Shown: positions 39,226-50,605 of the stretch, piece after piece
Numbering within the stretch: position 1 is the stretch's first letter
How the letters are laid out: each line of letters begins with the position of its first letter
Source: an uncultured archaeon
GTDB taxonomy: Archaea; Altiarchaeota; Altiarchaeia; IMC4; SCGC-AAA252-I15
Length of the DNA: 64,000 nt
Direction: 5' to 3'
Assembly: GCA_902384455.1 (NCBI GenBank)
Contig: CABMCB010000071.1
Coordinates: 96,001-160,000, forward strand
Made by a program: the position numbers and the translations under genes
The notes under the pieces: generated by a model
Databases searched by the model: none
Seen by the model: only the letters and a program-made list of their open reading frames with translations
Told to the model about the DNA's origin: nothing

Positions 39226-39369
39226 ATCAATAAATCAACGCGCAAAAATAAATCAAAAACGGCAGTCACCCGACGATAAACTGGCAAAGCCCCTACTCAC
39301 CAGCCTTTTTTATTGGTGCCGCATAAATCCATTAAAGACCTTTTTAAGGGCCCTCTTTGGTGAAATACT

Positions 39370-42300
39370 ATGCGAACGAAAGTTGTTTTTGAGTTGCTTA
39401 TCCTCGTGCTTTTGTCTGGATGCGCAAGCGCCGACTGGACTTACGTATCCTCATGCGGGACGATACACAACGACACGAGACTAACCGCGGACATAAACAC
39501 ATCAGGCACATGCTTCACGTTCGCCGCAGGCAACGCCAAACTGGACTGCCAAAACCACATAATATCCGGCAACAGCTCACACCACTCCGCCGACGGTATA
39601 GCAGTCGACGGCTTCAATAACGTAACCATCGTCAACTGCGACGTAAGAAACTTCGCATATGGCATAGTAATTTCCAACATCAATCGTTTTACTTTAGCCA
39701 ACAACAGCGTGCAGGGCGGATTCTATAACGCACTATTTTTCTCTTATGCCACAAACGGCGTAATACAAAACAACCGCGCATTACTCAACAATATAGGTCA
39801 GCCTGTAATGGCGCTGAATTACGGCGGCAACAACCTTATTGTCGACAACCTATTCTACAACAACACCGGTTCCGAGCAAATCCGGATGGAAGGAAACACC
39901 TCCCACAACACAATAGTCCACAATACCCTCGTCTACGGCGGCACCGGCTTCAGCGACGCAGGCTCCTCATACAACAACATATCCGACAACGCAGTCTGCG
40001 AGCATAGCACATACGACTTCAGCGACTTCAGTGGATTCCCACAAACCAACTTCGGAAGAGACAACAGCTGCGCCGCAACAAGCAACTGGAACGACACCGG
40101 CATTTCAGGCTGCACCTACACCTGCGAAGGTATAACTCAATGCGGAGAAATTTACCACAGCGTAGAATTACAAACCGACTTGATTTCAAACGGCACATGC
40201 ATAACGTTAAACCTAAACCCAAACGGCATAACAGTAGACTGCGGCGGCCACATAATATTGGGGAACGGCTCGGGAACTGGAATATATGTGCCTGTGAACA
40301 ATGCCTCAATAAAAAACTGTGATGTCAGGAATTTCACGGAAGGCATATTCCTAAATAATTCAATAAACTCGACCGTATCAGACAACACATTACGCTCAAA
40401 CCTCGAATACCCCCTTTACCTAACTTCAGCGTCCAGAAGCGAAATAAGCGGAAACAGACTTTTCAACAACCAACGGGGCATAGTACTGGACGATTCCACC
40501 GACAACATAGTCCACGACAACCTGGCGGCATACAACAGCAACAACCAAATCAGGGTGTGGTACGAAAGCGTACGAAACGTCATAAACCACAACGTCCTCC
40601 TAGACGGCTCAGGCAACGGCATACTCATGAATGAAGGCGCCAACAACAACTACACCAACAACTTAGCATGCGGCAACAGCGGCGGAGACATATGGGTCAT
40701 GACCGCGAACATAACCAACGTAGGCTACCAAAACACATGCAGCACGCCACACATGTGGGACGACGTAGGCGCAACCGGCTGCACCAACCCCTGCTCCGCG
40801 TACGCCTACGCAATAAACTGCGGAAACATATCCCAAAACACCATTCTTGCCGTAGACGCATCAGCCAACGGCACATGCTTCACCATCACAGCAGACAACG
40901 TAACCCTCGACTGCGCCGGCCACAAAATCACAGGCAACAACGCAACAAGCAGCTACGGCGTCTACATAGCAAAAAACAACGTGGCGGTGAAAAACTGCGA
41001 AATAACAAACTTCAGCAGCGGAACATACATGACCTCCGTAACCGGAGGACTCATATACAACAACACCGCCCACCACAACGGCGGATCCCCTCTTGCCGGA
41101 GGAATATACACGTTCAACTCAAAATGGGTTAACATAACGCACAACACAGCCTACAGCCAGTACCGGGGAATACGGATTTACAGCCCCCCAAACACAACCT
41201 ACATAGAAGACAACCTTGTGCACAACAACTACGACGGAATAGAAGTCGACGGCACCAACTCACTCAACACCCAAATAACGCGAAACAACGCATCAGGAAA
41301 CTCCATAGGAATAACCCTCACATCCGCAGGCTCATCCAACTTCACGGCCGCCTACAACACATTCTGCGGCAACACCATATATGATACAGAAAACATATCG
41401 AACCCTCTGACAAGCAGCGCCTCCAACAACACATGCGACACAGCCCTCAACTGGTTCGACAACACAGTCTCGCCTGCCGGCTGCACATTCGCCTGCAACG
41501 GAACCGCAATAAGAGGATGCGCTACACTAACCCGAAACACAACATTGGCAAGAGACGTCAACGCCACATACTCCTGCATCCGGATAGACCAAGACGACGT
41601 AACATTCAACTGCCAAAACAACACCCTAAACGGAATAGCAACAGGCATAGGAATATTCGTCACCGGCTCAAACGACCACATAAGAAACTGCATCATAAAC
41701 AACTTCAGCACAGGAATCCAATTCAACGGCGCAATATCCGGAAGCTCACTGGAAACAAGCACAGTCAAAAACAACCTAAACAACGGCGTATACCTATCCG
41801 GAACATCCCTCGGAGTCACAGTAACAGGCAACACACTCCTATCAAACAAATGGCACGGCCTGCAGGCAATACAATGGGCTGACAACAACGTAATTTCAGG
41901 CAACAATGCTTTCCTTAATTGGTGGAGTGGAATTGCGCTCAACACCGTAGGAAACACCGTTTTAGAAAATAACGCGTCCTACAATGTCTTCCACGGCATA
42001 CACATCGGAAGCAACAACACAATAATAAGCAATGAGCTGCGATACAACAACGACACCGGAATATACATAGACGGGGGCGCATTCAACAACATAACCGGCA
42101 ACACCGTAGTAGGCAACATCAAAAACGGCGTCCTAATGCGCTCAAACGCCAGCGGCAACGTTCTGCGAAGCAACGTCTTCTGCCTAAACGTCATAAGAGA
42201 CGTAAACAACAGCATACCAACACTCAACTCCGGCTCAAGCAACACCTGCGACACATACTACGGCTGGAACGACGCAGGATACACCGGCTGCAAATACCCC

Positions 42301-42375
42301 TGCGCATCCAGCACATCCCAAACAGAAAGACTCTACACAGGCTGGAACCTACTCAGCTTATACATTAACGCCTAA
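39370..42375 (+). CDS. Surface protein with four right-handed beta-helix (NosD/CASH-like) modules
   Basis: Signal with LSGC; four ~240-aa repeats (CGxI...GTC...LDC...NxCxxxxxWxDxGxxGC); terminal LYTGWNLLSL. Confidence 0.85.
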   Translation: MRTKVVFELLILVLLSGCASADWTYVSSCGTIHNDTRLTADINTSGTCFTFAAGNAKLDCQNHIISGNSSHHSADGIAVDGFNNVTIVNCDVRNFAYGIVISNINRFTLANNSVQGGFYNALFFSYATNGVIQNNRALLNNIGQPVMALNYGGNNLIVDNLFYNNTGSEQIRMEGNTSHNTIVHNTLVYGGTGFSDAGSSYNNISDNAVCEHSTYDFSDFSGFPQTNFGRDNSCAATSNWNDTGISGCTYTCEGITQCGEIYHSVELQTDLISNGTCITLNLNPNGITVDCGGHIILGNGSGTGIYVPVNNASIKNCDVRNFTEGIFLNNSINSTVSDNTLRSNLEYPLYLTSASRSEISGNRLFNNQRGIVLDDSTDNIVHDNLAAYNSNNQIRVWYESVRNVINHNVLLDGSGNGILMNEGANNNYTNNLACGNSGGDIWVMTANITNVGYQNTCSTPHMWDDVGATGCTNPCSAYAYAINCGNISQNTILAVDASANGTCFTITADNVTLDCAGHKITGNNATSSYGVYIAKNNVAVKNCEITNFSSGTYMTSVTGGLIYNNTAHHNGGSPLAGGIYTFNSKWVNITHNTAYSQYRGIRIYSPPNTTYIEDNLVHNNYDGIEVDGTNSLNTQITRNNASGNSIGITLTSAGSSNFTAAYNTFCGNTIYDTENISNPLTSSASNNTCDTALNWFDNTVSPAGCTFACNGTAIRGCATLTRNTTLARDVNATYSCIRIDQDDVTFNCQNNTLNGIATGIGIFVTGSNDHIRNCIINNFSTGIQFNGAISGSSLETSTVKNNLNNGVYLSGTSLGVTVTGNTLLSNKWHGLQAIQWADNNVISGNNAFLNWWSGIALNTVGNTVLENNASYNVFHGIHIGSNNTIISNELRYNNDTGIYIDGGAFNNITGNTVVGNIKNGVLMRSNASGNVLRSNVFCLNVIRDVNNSIPTLNSGSSNTCDTYYGWNDAGYTGCKYPCASSTSQTERLYTGWNLLSLYINA

Positions 42376-42420
42376 GAGAGGGCAATACGTTTTTGTCCTC
42401 ACAAACCCTATTTTATCTCT

Positions 42421-43188
42421 GTGAGTGCCGACCCTAAAGTTCGGGTTATAAAAGACGCTCCGCCCGAAGTCGCCGCCGAAGCCGCATTAGCCCGCAGTTT
42501 ACCTCAAGTCAAACCTCCGCAGGAGGAGGAACTTAAGGCTGAGGTTATGCATGCAGGCAGACTTTACGACGAGGCTGCAGTAAAGCATAAAGCTGTTGGC
42601 GACTGCACCACAGCAGCCGCAGTATTATCCTCCTACCTACGGCACACCGTAGGAGTCAAAGCGGAAGTTTACTACGGCATCTACGTTGACGAAAGCGCCA
42701 GAGTATCCGCCGTTTTAGGGAAGCTAGTTGCCGTCTCCGCAAGCAAAGCAGCCAAGGAAGTCGCATACGGAACCCCAGAACAACCAGCAAACCCCCTCAA
42801 GAGAAACATCGCAACCGTCGAGCAACAAAACCCCTACCAATACGAAATGACGATGAAAAACATCCACGCCTTCGTACTCATACCGCGAGAAAACACCGAC
42901 GGTCGAGGAAACTTCTACTACGCAGACCTAACCCACAACCAATTCGGCCGTGAAGGAGTCGAAGCCGAAGCCGTCTTTGATGTTGTGGACGCTAAAAAAC
43001 TACACGACAAATACGGTCTGGTTCTGTGGGGGCCGGAAGCTCAAAGGCACATTCAAACAAGAGGATACTATGCGACAGCCGCCGGATTGCCTATGCCGGA
43101 AGAAGAGAGGATAAGCGCCTTAAGGAGGCACGCCACCGTAGTCCATGAAATACTCTCTGAGATGCTTGCGCAAAGAAAATCTGCATAA
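42421..43188 (+). CDS. Hypothetical protein with possible transglutaminase/papain-like Cys-His-Asp triad
   Basis: GDCTTAA...IHAFV...YADLTHNQF. Confidence 0.6.
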   Translation: MSADPKVRVIKDAPPEVAAEAALARSLPQVKPPQEEELKAEVMHAGRLYDEAAVKHKAVGDCTTAAAVLSSYLRHTVGVKAEVYYGIYVDESARVSAVLGKLVAVSASKAAKEVAYGTPEQPANPLKRNIATVEQQNPYQYEMTMKNIHAFVLIPRENTDGRGNFYYADLTHNQFGREGVEAEAVFDVVDAKKLHDKYGLVLWGPEAQRHIQTRGYYATAAGLPMPEEERISALRRHATVVHEILSEMLAQRKSA

Positions 43189-43229
43189 AACCGAAACTCC
43201 TTTTAAATTCCCCCTCTTATTCCCTAAGC

Positions 43230-43514
43230 ATGGTCAGCGAAGTCAAAGCGTCGCACATCCTGGTGAAAACACAGGACCAAGCCAAAGAGATTATTGCTCA
43301 AATCCAGGGCGGAGCTTCATTCGAAAAAATAGCGATGGAAAAATCCACATGCCCCAGCGGCAGAAGAGGAGGAGACTTAGGGTGGTTCGGGAGAGGCCGT
43401 ATGGTTAAGGCGTTTGAGAACGCGGCTTTTTTGTTGAAGAAGGGCGAGATGACTAAGGAGCCTGTGAAGTCTGATTTCGGCTGGCACGTAATCAAGGTCA
43501 CGGACGCCAAGTAG
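43230..43514 (+). CDS. ppiC: Parvulin peptidyl-prolyl isomerase
   Basis: ASHILV, STCPSGRRGGDLGWF, FENAAF, FGWHVIK. Confidence 0.93.
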   Translation: MVSEVKASHILVKTQDQAKEIIAQIQGGASFEKIAMEKSTCPSGRRGGDLGWFGRGRMVKAFENAAFLLKKGEMTKEPVKSDFGWHVIKVTDAK

Positions 43515-43632
43515 AGTCCTCTTTCTGTTGGAAGGTGTAGCGAGGACTGTATGTCCGTATTGAAAGGCGCAGACTCGTAGTGTCAGTATTCCTTCTTCTT
43601 TATTTCCTGGTTGTGCTGTCTCTGATGCTACC

Positions 43633-46485
43633 TTAGGATAGTGGGCCGGGGTTGTTTTGAGCGCATATTTGGGTGAGGTCGGCTTGTGTGGGGCCTGTGC
43701 ATCCTGTTTGTGTGCTTGGGCATGTGCCTGTGTATATTTTGGTGCAGCAGCAGTCTTGGTTGCTCCAGCTCCAGCTTTGGGCGGCTGCATAGCGGCATAT
43801 GTATTGGCATTGTCCGGGGTTTTGGGCTGGTGCTTGGCATGTGCCGTGTGTCACGTATGCTCCTGCGCCGTATCCGTTGCTTGAGCAGTATTGCGGGCAG
43901 TTTATCGGGGTTTGGTCGCAGACGTCGCCTGTGCCGTCGCGGTCTGAGTCTTCTTGATTTGGGTTGGGTACTGTGGGGCAGTTGTCTGCTGAGTCAGCTA
44001 TTCCGTCTCCGTCCTGGTCTGGTATGGCGCAGCGGTAGCATGTTCCTACGTCGGTTTGGAATGGCGTGCATACTGCGCCTTGCGTGCAGCTTAGTTCAGT
44101 GCAGCTGCTGGCGAGCGGCACATTGTTGTATTTGTAGTTAGAGCAGGTAGGTTTCGCTTTGCAGTAGTAGCAGGTTTTGCCTTGGTAAGTCGTGGATTCG
44201 CAGGTTTCGCTTTGGCTGCAGGAGAGGTCGTTGCAGCTGTCTTGTGTGGCGACTCCGTTGACTTTAAGCACGTCGCTGCAGCTTAATGTGTTGCATTTGT
44301 AGCAGGGTCCGTCTCCGACGATGCCGCAGCGTTGCCAGGGGCTTGCGCATTTTGCGCCGCAGTAGGGGTCACTTAGGTATTGGCCTTGCGGACAGGTTGT
44401 GGTGGTTGTTGTGGGTGCGCAGTAATAGCAGTTTTTGTTGCCTTCCTGGAACCATATGCTTATGCAGCCGTTGGGGCAGTTTTGCGGGCAGGTGTCGTAT
44501 GTGGGCTGCTGCCTGTAGAGGAGGTTGCTGCAGTTCATGTAGGTGATGCATTTGCAGTTGACGCACACTTTGCCTGCGGGGCATTCATAGCGTTTTCCTC
44601 CCGACCAGCTGTATACTGGGCTGTCGTTGAGGTCGCATTCTTCATCTCCTCCGCCGGCACTTGTGGGCGTGCTAAGCCATCCGTCTCCGCAGCGCGGAGT
44701 AACTGTGTGCAGAGTGGTTGTTGTGGAAGATGTTGTCGTGGTAGTCGAGGTTGTTGTTGACTGCGTCGTGGAGGGAGTGCGTATTGTCGTGGAAGTTGTC
44801 GTCGTGGTTATTACCGTTTTTGTGGTTGTGGTACGGATTATAGTCGTCGTAGTTGTTTTGGGCGGCGTTTGAGGTTCGTTTTCTTCCGGCACCATATCGT
44901 CGTCGCGGTGCAACGTGGTGGCGCCCTCAGCCGCGGCCGCTAAGTCCACGCCGGGGTATGCGTCTCCAGTCAAACTTAGGGTTCCAAGTAACGTGGGCGG
45001 ACTCAAAAGTATCCCAGTAAGGTAAGAGGCCGATGGCGATTTTGTTGCTATCGCAACTACTTGGCCTGGAAGAATCCCGGACACAAACGTGACGGTCGCT
45101 GTGCCGTCGCCTTGAGACGCGACAGCGATTGGAGTCTGTTTGATTTCTAGCGGATTGAGGTCGACGACGAGGTCTCCGCTTAATGGAATAGATTTGACAA
45201 TCTTTTGCGCCGGCACGTCTATTACGTCCAAATACGATTGCGTTCCCACGTAGACTGGCGCAACCGCGTATCTCCCATCGTCGCTTGTGGCAACATCCAC
45301 GCTATCTTGGAAAGTGCCTGAAAGCTTAATTGTCGAAGTATGCGAGCCGGAAACCAAGTCTACTGTGTAAAGATACCCCGTGTTGTTTTCGCGGTCAACA
45401 GTAGGCACAAGAGCCATCTCGTCCTCCGCTCCCTGCCTAACGTCAAGCCCAACCTCCAAGTCACCCGGAAGTTCTGTCGAAACTATGCGGCTTAAATCTG
45501 CGAGGTACATTGCGTTGAGGAGGGTTCGGCCGTCTGTGTGGGTGGGCAGCCACACTTGTTTTCCGTCGCGGCTAAACTCCAGGTCCACCATGCTCTGTAG
45601 GGTGCCCTGAACCTTGGTTTTGCCTGTCACTTCTGGCTTAGATAGGTCTATTGCGTAAAGGGTTGTGTCTGCGCCGTTTGTTAATGCCGCATAAATTTTG
45701 CCGTCAGGGCCAAGCAAAAGGTGGACGTCTTCTACGTAGTTTCCGTCAAGAGTAAGAGTCTTAACGAACGCGGGGCCTGAAACGTCAAAGACGTCTATGT
45801 ATGCCTCGCTTTTGTCCGGATTCTGGGACGGAACCGCAACGTAAGCGCCTTTTGCGTCAAAAACCAAGTCAACGTCAGGAACAAAAGCGCCTTTCAAATC
45901 AAACCGCTTAACGCTTGATCCTGAAGCAGAATCAATGAAATCCACGGCTCCCAAGCCGCCGGAAGTAGAAGAAGCAATCACCCGTTTTCCGTCAGGCGTC
46001 CACCAGCTGTCCACGTCAGTAGTAAGGCCGCTTCCTATTGCGATGTTTTTTATTAGGCTGGCTGATGAGACATCGATTAGGTTGAGATAAGATTGGCCTG
46101 TTTCTGTGTTGGTTGTGGGTAGTGAGGCGGTTTTTCCGTCTGGGCTTAGTTCGGCGTCGACTCCGTTTCTGAGTTTGCCTGGCATGTAGACTGTGGAGAT
46201 GAGGGTTTTGGTTTCTGCTGAGAGAATCATGAGGCAGCTTCCTTCTTTGTTTTCTCCGGGAAGCAGGACGGTTTTTCTATCGGGAGTAAACACCAAGTCG
46301 ACGTCCGCCTTGAGGCTGCAGGGAACCCAGACTTCCGCCACATTGAAGTCTGAAGGCAACCCTTTTACGGCGGGAACGTTTGCGGCGGGGTTGTTTGACG
46401 GCGCATTAGGTTGCGTCGTGCATCCCGAAACGAAAACAAGCGCAATAGCGAGCAAAAGTCCTAAAACCGTAGTTTGTGTCCTCAT
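43633..46485 (-). CDS. Large lipoprotein: beta-propeller + Thr stalk + Cys-rich repeats + thrombospondin type-3 repeat
   Basis: VSGC lipobox; xPDGK blade repeats; CGDG...EECD; [35 protein letters not shown]. Confidence 0.85.
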   Translation of the reverse strand: MRTQTTVLGLLLAIALVFVSGCTTQPNAPSNNPAANVPAVKGLPSDFNVAEVWVPCSLKADVDLVFTPDRKTVLLPGENKEGSCLMILSAETKTLISTVYMPGKLRNGVDAELSPDGKTASLPTTNTETGQSYLNLIDVSSASLIKNIAIGSGLTTDVDSWWTPDGKRVIASSTSGGLGAVDFIDSASGSSVKRFDLKGAFVPDVDLVFDAKGAYVAVPSQNPDKSEAYIDVFDVSGPAFVKTLTLDGNYVEDVHLLLGPDGKIYAALTNGADTTLYAIDLSKPEVTGKTKVQGTLQSMVDLEFSRDGKQVWLPTHTDGRTLLNAMYLADLSRIVSTELPGDLEVGLDVRQGAEDEMALVPTVDRENNTGYLYTVDLVSGSHTSTIKLSGTFQDSVDVATSDDGRYAVAPVYVGTQSYLDVIDVPAQKIVKSIPLSGDLVVDLNPLEIKQTPIAVASQGDGTATVTFVSGILPGQVVAIATKSPSASYLTGILLSPPTLLGTLSLTGDAYPGVDLAAAAEGATTLHRDDDMVPEENEPQTPPKTTTTTIIRTTTTKTVITTTTTSTTIRTPSTTQSTTTSTTTTTSSTTTTLHTVTPRCGDGWLSTPTSAGGGDEECDLNDSPVYSWSGGKRYECPAGKVCVNCKCITYMNCSNLLYRQQPTYDTCPQNCPNGCISIWFQEGNKNCYYCAPTTTTTTCPQGQYLSDPYCGAKCASPWQRCGIVGDGPCYKCNTLSCSDVLKVNGVATQDSCNDLSCSQSETCESTTYQGKTCYYCKAKPTCSNYKYNNVPLASSCTELSCTQGAVCTPFQTDVGTCYRCAIPDQDGDGIADSADNCPTVPNPNQEDSDRDGTGDVCDQTPINCPQYCSSNGYGAGAYVTHGTCQAPAQNPGQCQYICRYAAAQSWSWSNQDCCCTKIYTGTCPSTQTGCTGPTQADLTQICAQNNPGPLS

Positions 46486-46559
46486 TCAACCCACCCCCAC
46501 GTAAAACGTGGCCTGTGAGTAACTTACTTTCGTTAAGAATAAAAGCGCGCAGTCGCCAG

Positions 46560-47552
46560 TTAAGCTCCTGCCTTAGGCTCGTTCTGCTTGCATACGGCGT
46601 CCAAGTCTTCACCCGAAGGACAGCTGCACTTGCCGGTCTCATCCTTGCAGTCTATGTTGTACGTCTTAGTGCAACAGCATTCTTTACCGCTCCACTGCCA
46701 CCCTTTAGCCAGATAATACCTGCACGGCTTAGTGCAGTCAGGAGACGCATCAGAAGGCAACTCGCAACTACCCCGCGAAAGATAACTGCCGCCGTCATAA
46801 CCTAAGCCTGCACAGTAATCCTGGCAATTAACCGGGGTGTCGTCGCACAAGTCCCCTTTCCCGTCGCCGTCTGCGTCAGTCTGAAGGGGGTTGGGCGTGT
46901 TTGGGCAGTTGTCTACGCTGTCAGCCACTCCGTCCCCGTCCTTGTCCTCAATGAGGCAGTAAACGCACATGCCGGTGGGCGTTTTGATTGGAGTGCAATT
47001 CCCCGCCAAACAATCTAACTCATCGCAGGAAGCGGCCGCCTGAAGATTGTTTATTATGTAGTCCGAGCAGGAGTTGGGGTTTGGTTTGCAGTAGTGGCAT
47101 GTGAGGTTGGCGTAGCTGGATGAAGTGCACGTTTCGTTTACGCTGCAGTTAAGGTCGCTGCAGGAGTCGGCCATGGGCAGGTTGTCTGTAGTGCGCACGT
47201 CTTTGCACGTTACCTGCCTACACGCGTAGCAGGGGAGTCCGCTTTCGACTTTGCGGCATCTTTCTTCGGGCGTTTTGCATGTTCCGCCGCATCCGTTGTC
47301 GTCGAAGTATCCGTTTGAGGGGCAGTCGTTTTTAGGCGCCTCCAATGTGGAAGACGTCGATGTTGAGGGCTCCGTGGTCGTGTCCGAAAGGATTATGCTG
47401 GTGGAAGACTGAACTGTAGAGGTTGTAGTCTGAACAGGTGCAGGAGGGTTGTATGCCGTTGTAGTAGTAACAGTGGGCGTAGTCGTGATCGTAAGACACC
47501 CTGAGGATGCCAAAACAAAGAAGGCGACCAAAAAAAGAACAGGTTTTGTCAT
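46560..47552 (-). CDS. Lipoprotein: Thr stalk + Cys-rich repeats + thrombospondin type-3 repeat
   Basis: SSGC lipobox; DKDGDGVADSVDNCPNTPNPLQTDADGDGKGDLCD; paralogous to C-terminus of the neighbour. Confidence 0.85.
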   Translation of the reverse strand: MTKPVLFLVAFFVLASSGCLTITTTPTVTTTTAYNPPAPVQTTTSTVQSSTSIILSDTTTEPSTSTSSTLEAPKNDCPSNGYFDDNGCGGTCKTPEERCRKVESGLPCYACRQVTCKDVRTTDNLPMADSCSDLNCSVNETCTSSSYANLTCHYCKPNPNSCSDYIINNLQAAASCDELDCLAGNCTPIKTPTGMCVYCLIEDKDGDGVADSVDNCPNTPNPLQTDADGDGKGDLCDDTPVNCQDYCAGLGYDGGSYLSRGSCELPSDASPDCTKPCRYYLAKGWQWSGKECCCTKTYNIDCKDETGKCSCPSGEDLDAVCKQNEPKAGA

Positions 47553-47558
47553 ACGCCC

Positions 47559-47999
47559 CTAAGACAACTTGATGAACTCCATACCCAAAGCCTTACCCAT
47601 ATCAAGAATCTTGTCATCAATCCTATACGCGTTCTTATAGTAAATCCTCTTTATCCCCACATTAGCCAACGCCTTAAAGCAGCTATAGCAAGGAAAATGC
47701 GTAATGAACATGTCTGCGCCATCAATGGAGATGCCATGCTTAGCCGCCATCACCATAGCATTCATCTCCGCATGGATGGTGCGCACGCAATGCCCATCAA
47801 CCATCTCATGCCCCAACTCAGAGCAATGAGGCAGGCCTGAAACGCTTCCGTTGTATCCTGTCGCCAGAATGCGTTTGCCTTTAACCACAACTGCGCCGAC
47901 GTAAGCGCGGTCGCATGTTGAGCGCCGGGAGACTGCTTCAGCGATTCCAATAAAATACTCCTCCCATGACGGCCTGCTGCCCGCTTTTTCTTCTGCCAT
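47559..47999 (-). CDS. dCMP deaminase / ComEB family
   Basis: RSTC, ATGYNG, HAEMNA, PCYSC. Confidence 0.92.
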   Translation of the reverse strand: MAEEKAGSRPSWEEYFIGIAEAVSRRSTCDRAYVGAVVVKGKRILATGYNGSVSGLPHCSELGHEMVDGHCVRTIHAEMNAMVMAAKHGISIDGADMFITHFPCYSCFKALANVGIKRIYYKNAYRIDDKILDMGKALGMEFIKLS

Positions 48000-48080
48000 A
48001 TAAATCCAATAGGATTAGGCATAACCCCTTAAAATGCTGTTGTAAGCCGTTTTTAAATCAAATCACCTTAAGTACATAAT

Positions 48081-48680
48081 GTGAAAAAAGAATCAGCTCA
48101 CACTACTCATATCGAATCCAGCGGCAGCCGCAACGCGGCCGAAAAAGCTATACTGTCCGGCTTCATGGGTGTTGCGGTCGTATTGCTCGTTTTCCTTGTT
48201 GGCGGGGCCCTAGGCTACGTCCTAGGCGGGTCAACTGAAAAAGCGGTCACCAAATACCAGTGCGGCGACGGCTCAGTTGTTTCGGCCATTTCTCAGTGTC
48301 CTGCAGGTGCTGTTGTGCAGCAAAGTACGTGCACCACAGTAGTCCAGCAGGCAAATACTCCCACCACTCTTAAGTGCCCCTCATGTGTATGCCCTGGCGG
48401 AGCAGCTCCGGTGACTACCACAACTACGACCGTATGGGTGCCAAGCGGACCTCCGTGCAAGACTGACAGCGAATGCGGTGTTCCAATCAAAAATGAGACT
48501 AGGTGCTGGAACGGCGATGTGAACTATGTCGTAACAACTCCTGTCTGCGCTATACAAGGCAACGCTACAAACGGAAACTGCCTGAACCGCATAACATACG
48601 AAGTCAAACAGACCTGCGATGATGGGACTATATGCAAGAACGGGGAGTGCGTGCAACCTGCGCCAGAAGAACAACAGTAA
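48081..48680 (+). CDS. Membrane-anchored Cys-rich hypothetical protein
   Basis: TM, YQCGDGS, CKTDSECG, CKNGEC. Confidence 0.7.
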   Translation: MKKESAHTTHIESSGSRNAAEKAILSGFMGVAVVLLVFLVGGALGYVLGGSTEKAVTKYQCGDGSVVSAISQCPAGAVVQQSTCTTVVQQANTPTTLKCPSCVCPGGAAPVTTTTTTVWVPSGPPCKTDSECGVPIKNETRCWNGDVNYVVTTPVCAIQGNATNGNCLNRITYEVKQTCDDGTICKNGECVQPAPEEQQ

Positions 48681-48685
48681 ACCCG

Positions 48686-49063
48686 TTATCTTCTAATTAT
48701 TGCCGCAGCCAACGACACAACCAGTACTCCGAACCCCGAACCCGCCGCGTCCACAGTGACGTCAAAAAAGTCCGCAACACGGCCAGGCACCAAAAACTGG
48801 TGCAATTCATCGGACACTCCATACAGGATGCACGCAGCCCACACCGCAAAATAAACGTTTCTTCTGCCGCCCTTAAGACCCACGCCGAAGCAGGACGCCA
48901 AAACACCAAGTAAAGCATACTCTGAGAAATGCAGCGCCACAGCCACCCACTCCGGAATAGGAGCACCCAAAGGACTAGCCTGACCTGACTTATAAAAAAT
49001 AAAACCAGCCCACAAAGCCGTCAAGACGCCGAAAAAAGCAGTCCTAAAATTCATGAAAACCAA
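48686..49063 (-). CDS. VanZ family membrane protein
   Basis: HFSEYALLG, YGVSDELHQFLVPGR, DVTVDAAG. Confidence 0.9.
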   Translation of the reverse strand: MVFMNFRTAFFGVLTALWAGFIFYKSGQASPLGAPIPEWVAVALHFSEYALLGVLASCFGVGLKGGRRNVYFAVWAACILYGVSDELHQFLVPGRVADFFDVTVDAAGSGFGVLVVSLAAAIIRR

Positions 49064-49069
49064 AACACG

Positions 49070-50125
49070 TCACTCCGGACTCTTGGGAAGCAGACCCATC
49101 CTCTTCACAGCAAACCATGACACCAAAGTCGCAGCAAAAGTGGAAACGACAATCAAACCAATATACCAACTCACATCACCTTTAGTGAACTCAAACATGC
49201 TATTTCCAGCGACGGTAGCTATCGTATTTGGCACCAAAAGCGCCGTACCAATAATAGTAAGATAAGCCACAAGAAGCGCCATCTTATTGTTCAAAACCTG
49301 CAACTGATTATTATAAATCGACTGAAGCACCTCAAGGCCGCTAGCCAAAACGTCGCTCAAGTGCTCCGCAAGCCCAATCTGAGAATGCACCTCCCCAACA
49401 AGGCCGTTTATGCGATCCAAAATCTTAGGGTCGTCGCTTAAGAGGTCTGCATCCCCGTACCGCAAAGAATTAAGCGCATCCACCGTAGCCCAAAGGCCGC
49501 CCAGATACTGTATGAGGGCATGCTTCATGTGGTATATGCTGTGCCCCAGTTTGTCCCTAGGAGTCTTAGGGTCTGCAAGCACCCTGTTTAGGGCGTCTCC
49601 CGCCTCCTCTATCTCATGGAGGTGGTCAAAGTTTCTGGCGTTGTTCTCATCTATGATGCGCAACAACAGAATCGTCATACGGTCTTCCGGAGGCTTGTTC
49701 TCCGGAAGCTTCTTAAGCAACGTCTCAGCGTACCTTCTGATGCGGAAAAACCTCTTGGTTTCGCCAGTATGAATAGTCGCAAGCACGTTCCTACTTACCA
49801 AAATCAGGATAGGCTCAAGCCGCACATCAAGGCCTTCCACGCGGATGGCGGGAACGCGTATCCCCAGTTCAGTCCCAAAGTCCTCATATCCGCTTCTAGA
49901 TTTCTTAAGAAGATTCTCCACAATGCTTTTGCTGAAACCCAACTCGGTCGCGGCCTTCAACGCCTCTTTCTCGAAGTCGTCCACGAAATAGTCGACCCAA
50001 GCTTCAGAAGCCTGCTCTATGAGCGGCTTAAAGTCTGCGATGTCCTTTGACTGCTTCTGCTGAGTCTTGCCTTTATGGACTACGGCGCAAAAACCCTTCT
50101 CCCCCAAATCATCAATCTTCGCCAC
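49070..50125 (-). CDS. CorA-family divalent cation transporter
   Basis: Helical funnel domain plus two C-terminal TMs; the GMN signature is replaced by AGNS. Confidence 0.8.
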   Translation of the reverse strand: MAKIDDLGEKGFCAVVHKGKTQQKQSKDIADFKPLIEQASEAWVDYFVDDFEKEALKAATELGFSKSIVENLLKKSRSGYEDFGTELGIRVPAIRVEGLDVRLEPILILVSRNVLATIHTGETKRFFRIRRYAETLLKKLPENKPPEDRMTILLLRIIDENNARNFDHLHEIEEAGDALNRVLADPKTPRDKLGHSIYHMKHALIQYLGGLWATVDALNSLRYGDADLLSDDPKILDRINGLVGEVHSQIGLAEHLSDVLASGLEVLQSIYNNQLQVLNNKMALLVAYLTIIGTALLVPNTIATVAGNSMFEFTKGDVSWYIGLIVVSTFAATLVSWFAVKRMGLLPKSPE

Positions 50126-50214
50126 ACGCGCACCTACTAATTAGAATCGGCCTGCCAGCTAAAAACATGTTGGCCTCTGAATTAGTATTATCCTCTGCCG
50201 CCTAATACTCTTCC

Positions 50215-50604
50215 ATGGGTTTTCTCGCCAAAACCAAGGCTTACGCCGACAAACGCCTGCATAAGCCTCTGCTTTTTCTTTCCCGCATAGGCCTACGTCC
50301 GCACCATTTCACAATTTTGGCGTTGATATGCGGCGTGGCTTCGGCTTATTTCCTTTTCGACAACCCCCTGTCTGCGGCCTTACTCGTATTGTTTTTGGTT
50401 TTTGACGGCCTTGACGGGGCTCTTGCGCGCGCTTCAAGCAGGGAGAGCGAGAGGGGTACGCGGCTTGATTTCTTCGTGGACCGTCTTGTGGCAACGCTTC
50501 TTCTATTAAAATTCTACGTTAGAGGCGTGAGCGTGGTTTTCCCTCTTGTGGGGCTGTTGGCTGTCGCAGCCACAGTAGTCGATGACCTAAGGCAGCGCAA
50601 GTAG
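50215..50604 (+). CDS. CDP-alcohol phosphatidyltransferase family (short)
   Basis: DGLDGALAR...G..LDFFVDR motif. Confidence 0.85.
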   Translation: MGFLAKTKAYADKRLHKPLLFLSRIGLRPHHFTILALICGVASAYFLFDNPLSAALLVLFLVFDGLDGALARASSRESERGTRLDFFVDRLVATLLLLKFYVRGVSVVFPLVGLLAVAATVVDDLRQRK

Positions 50605-50605
50605 T

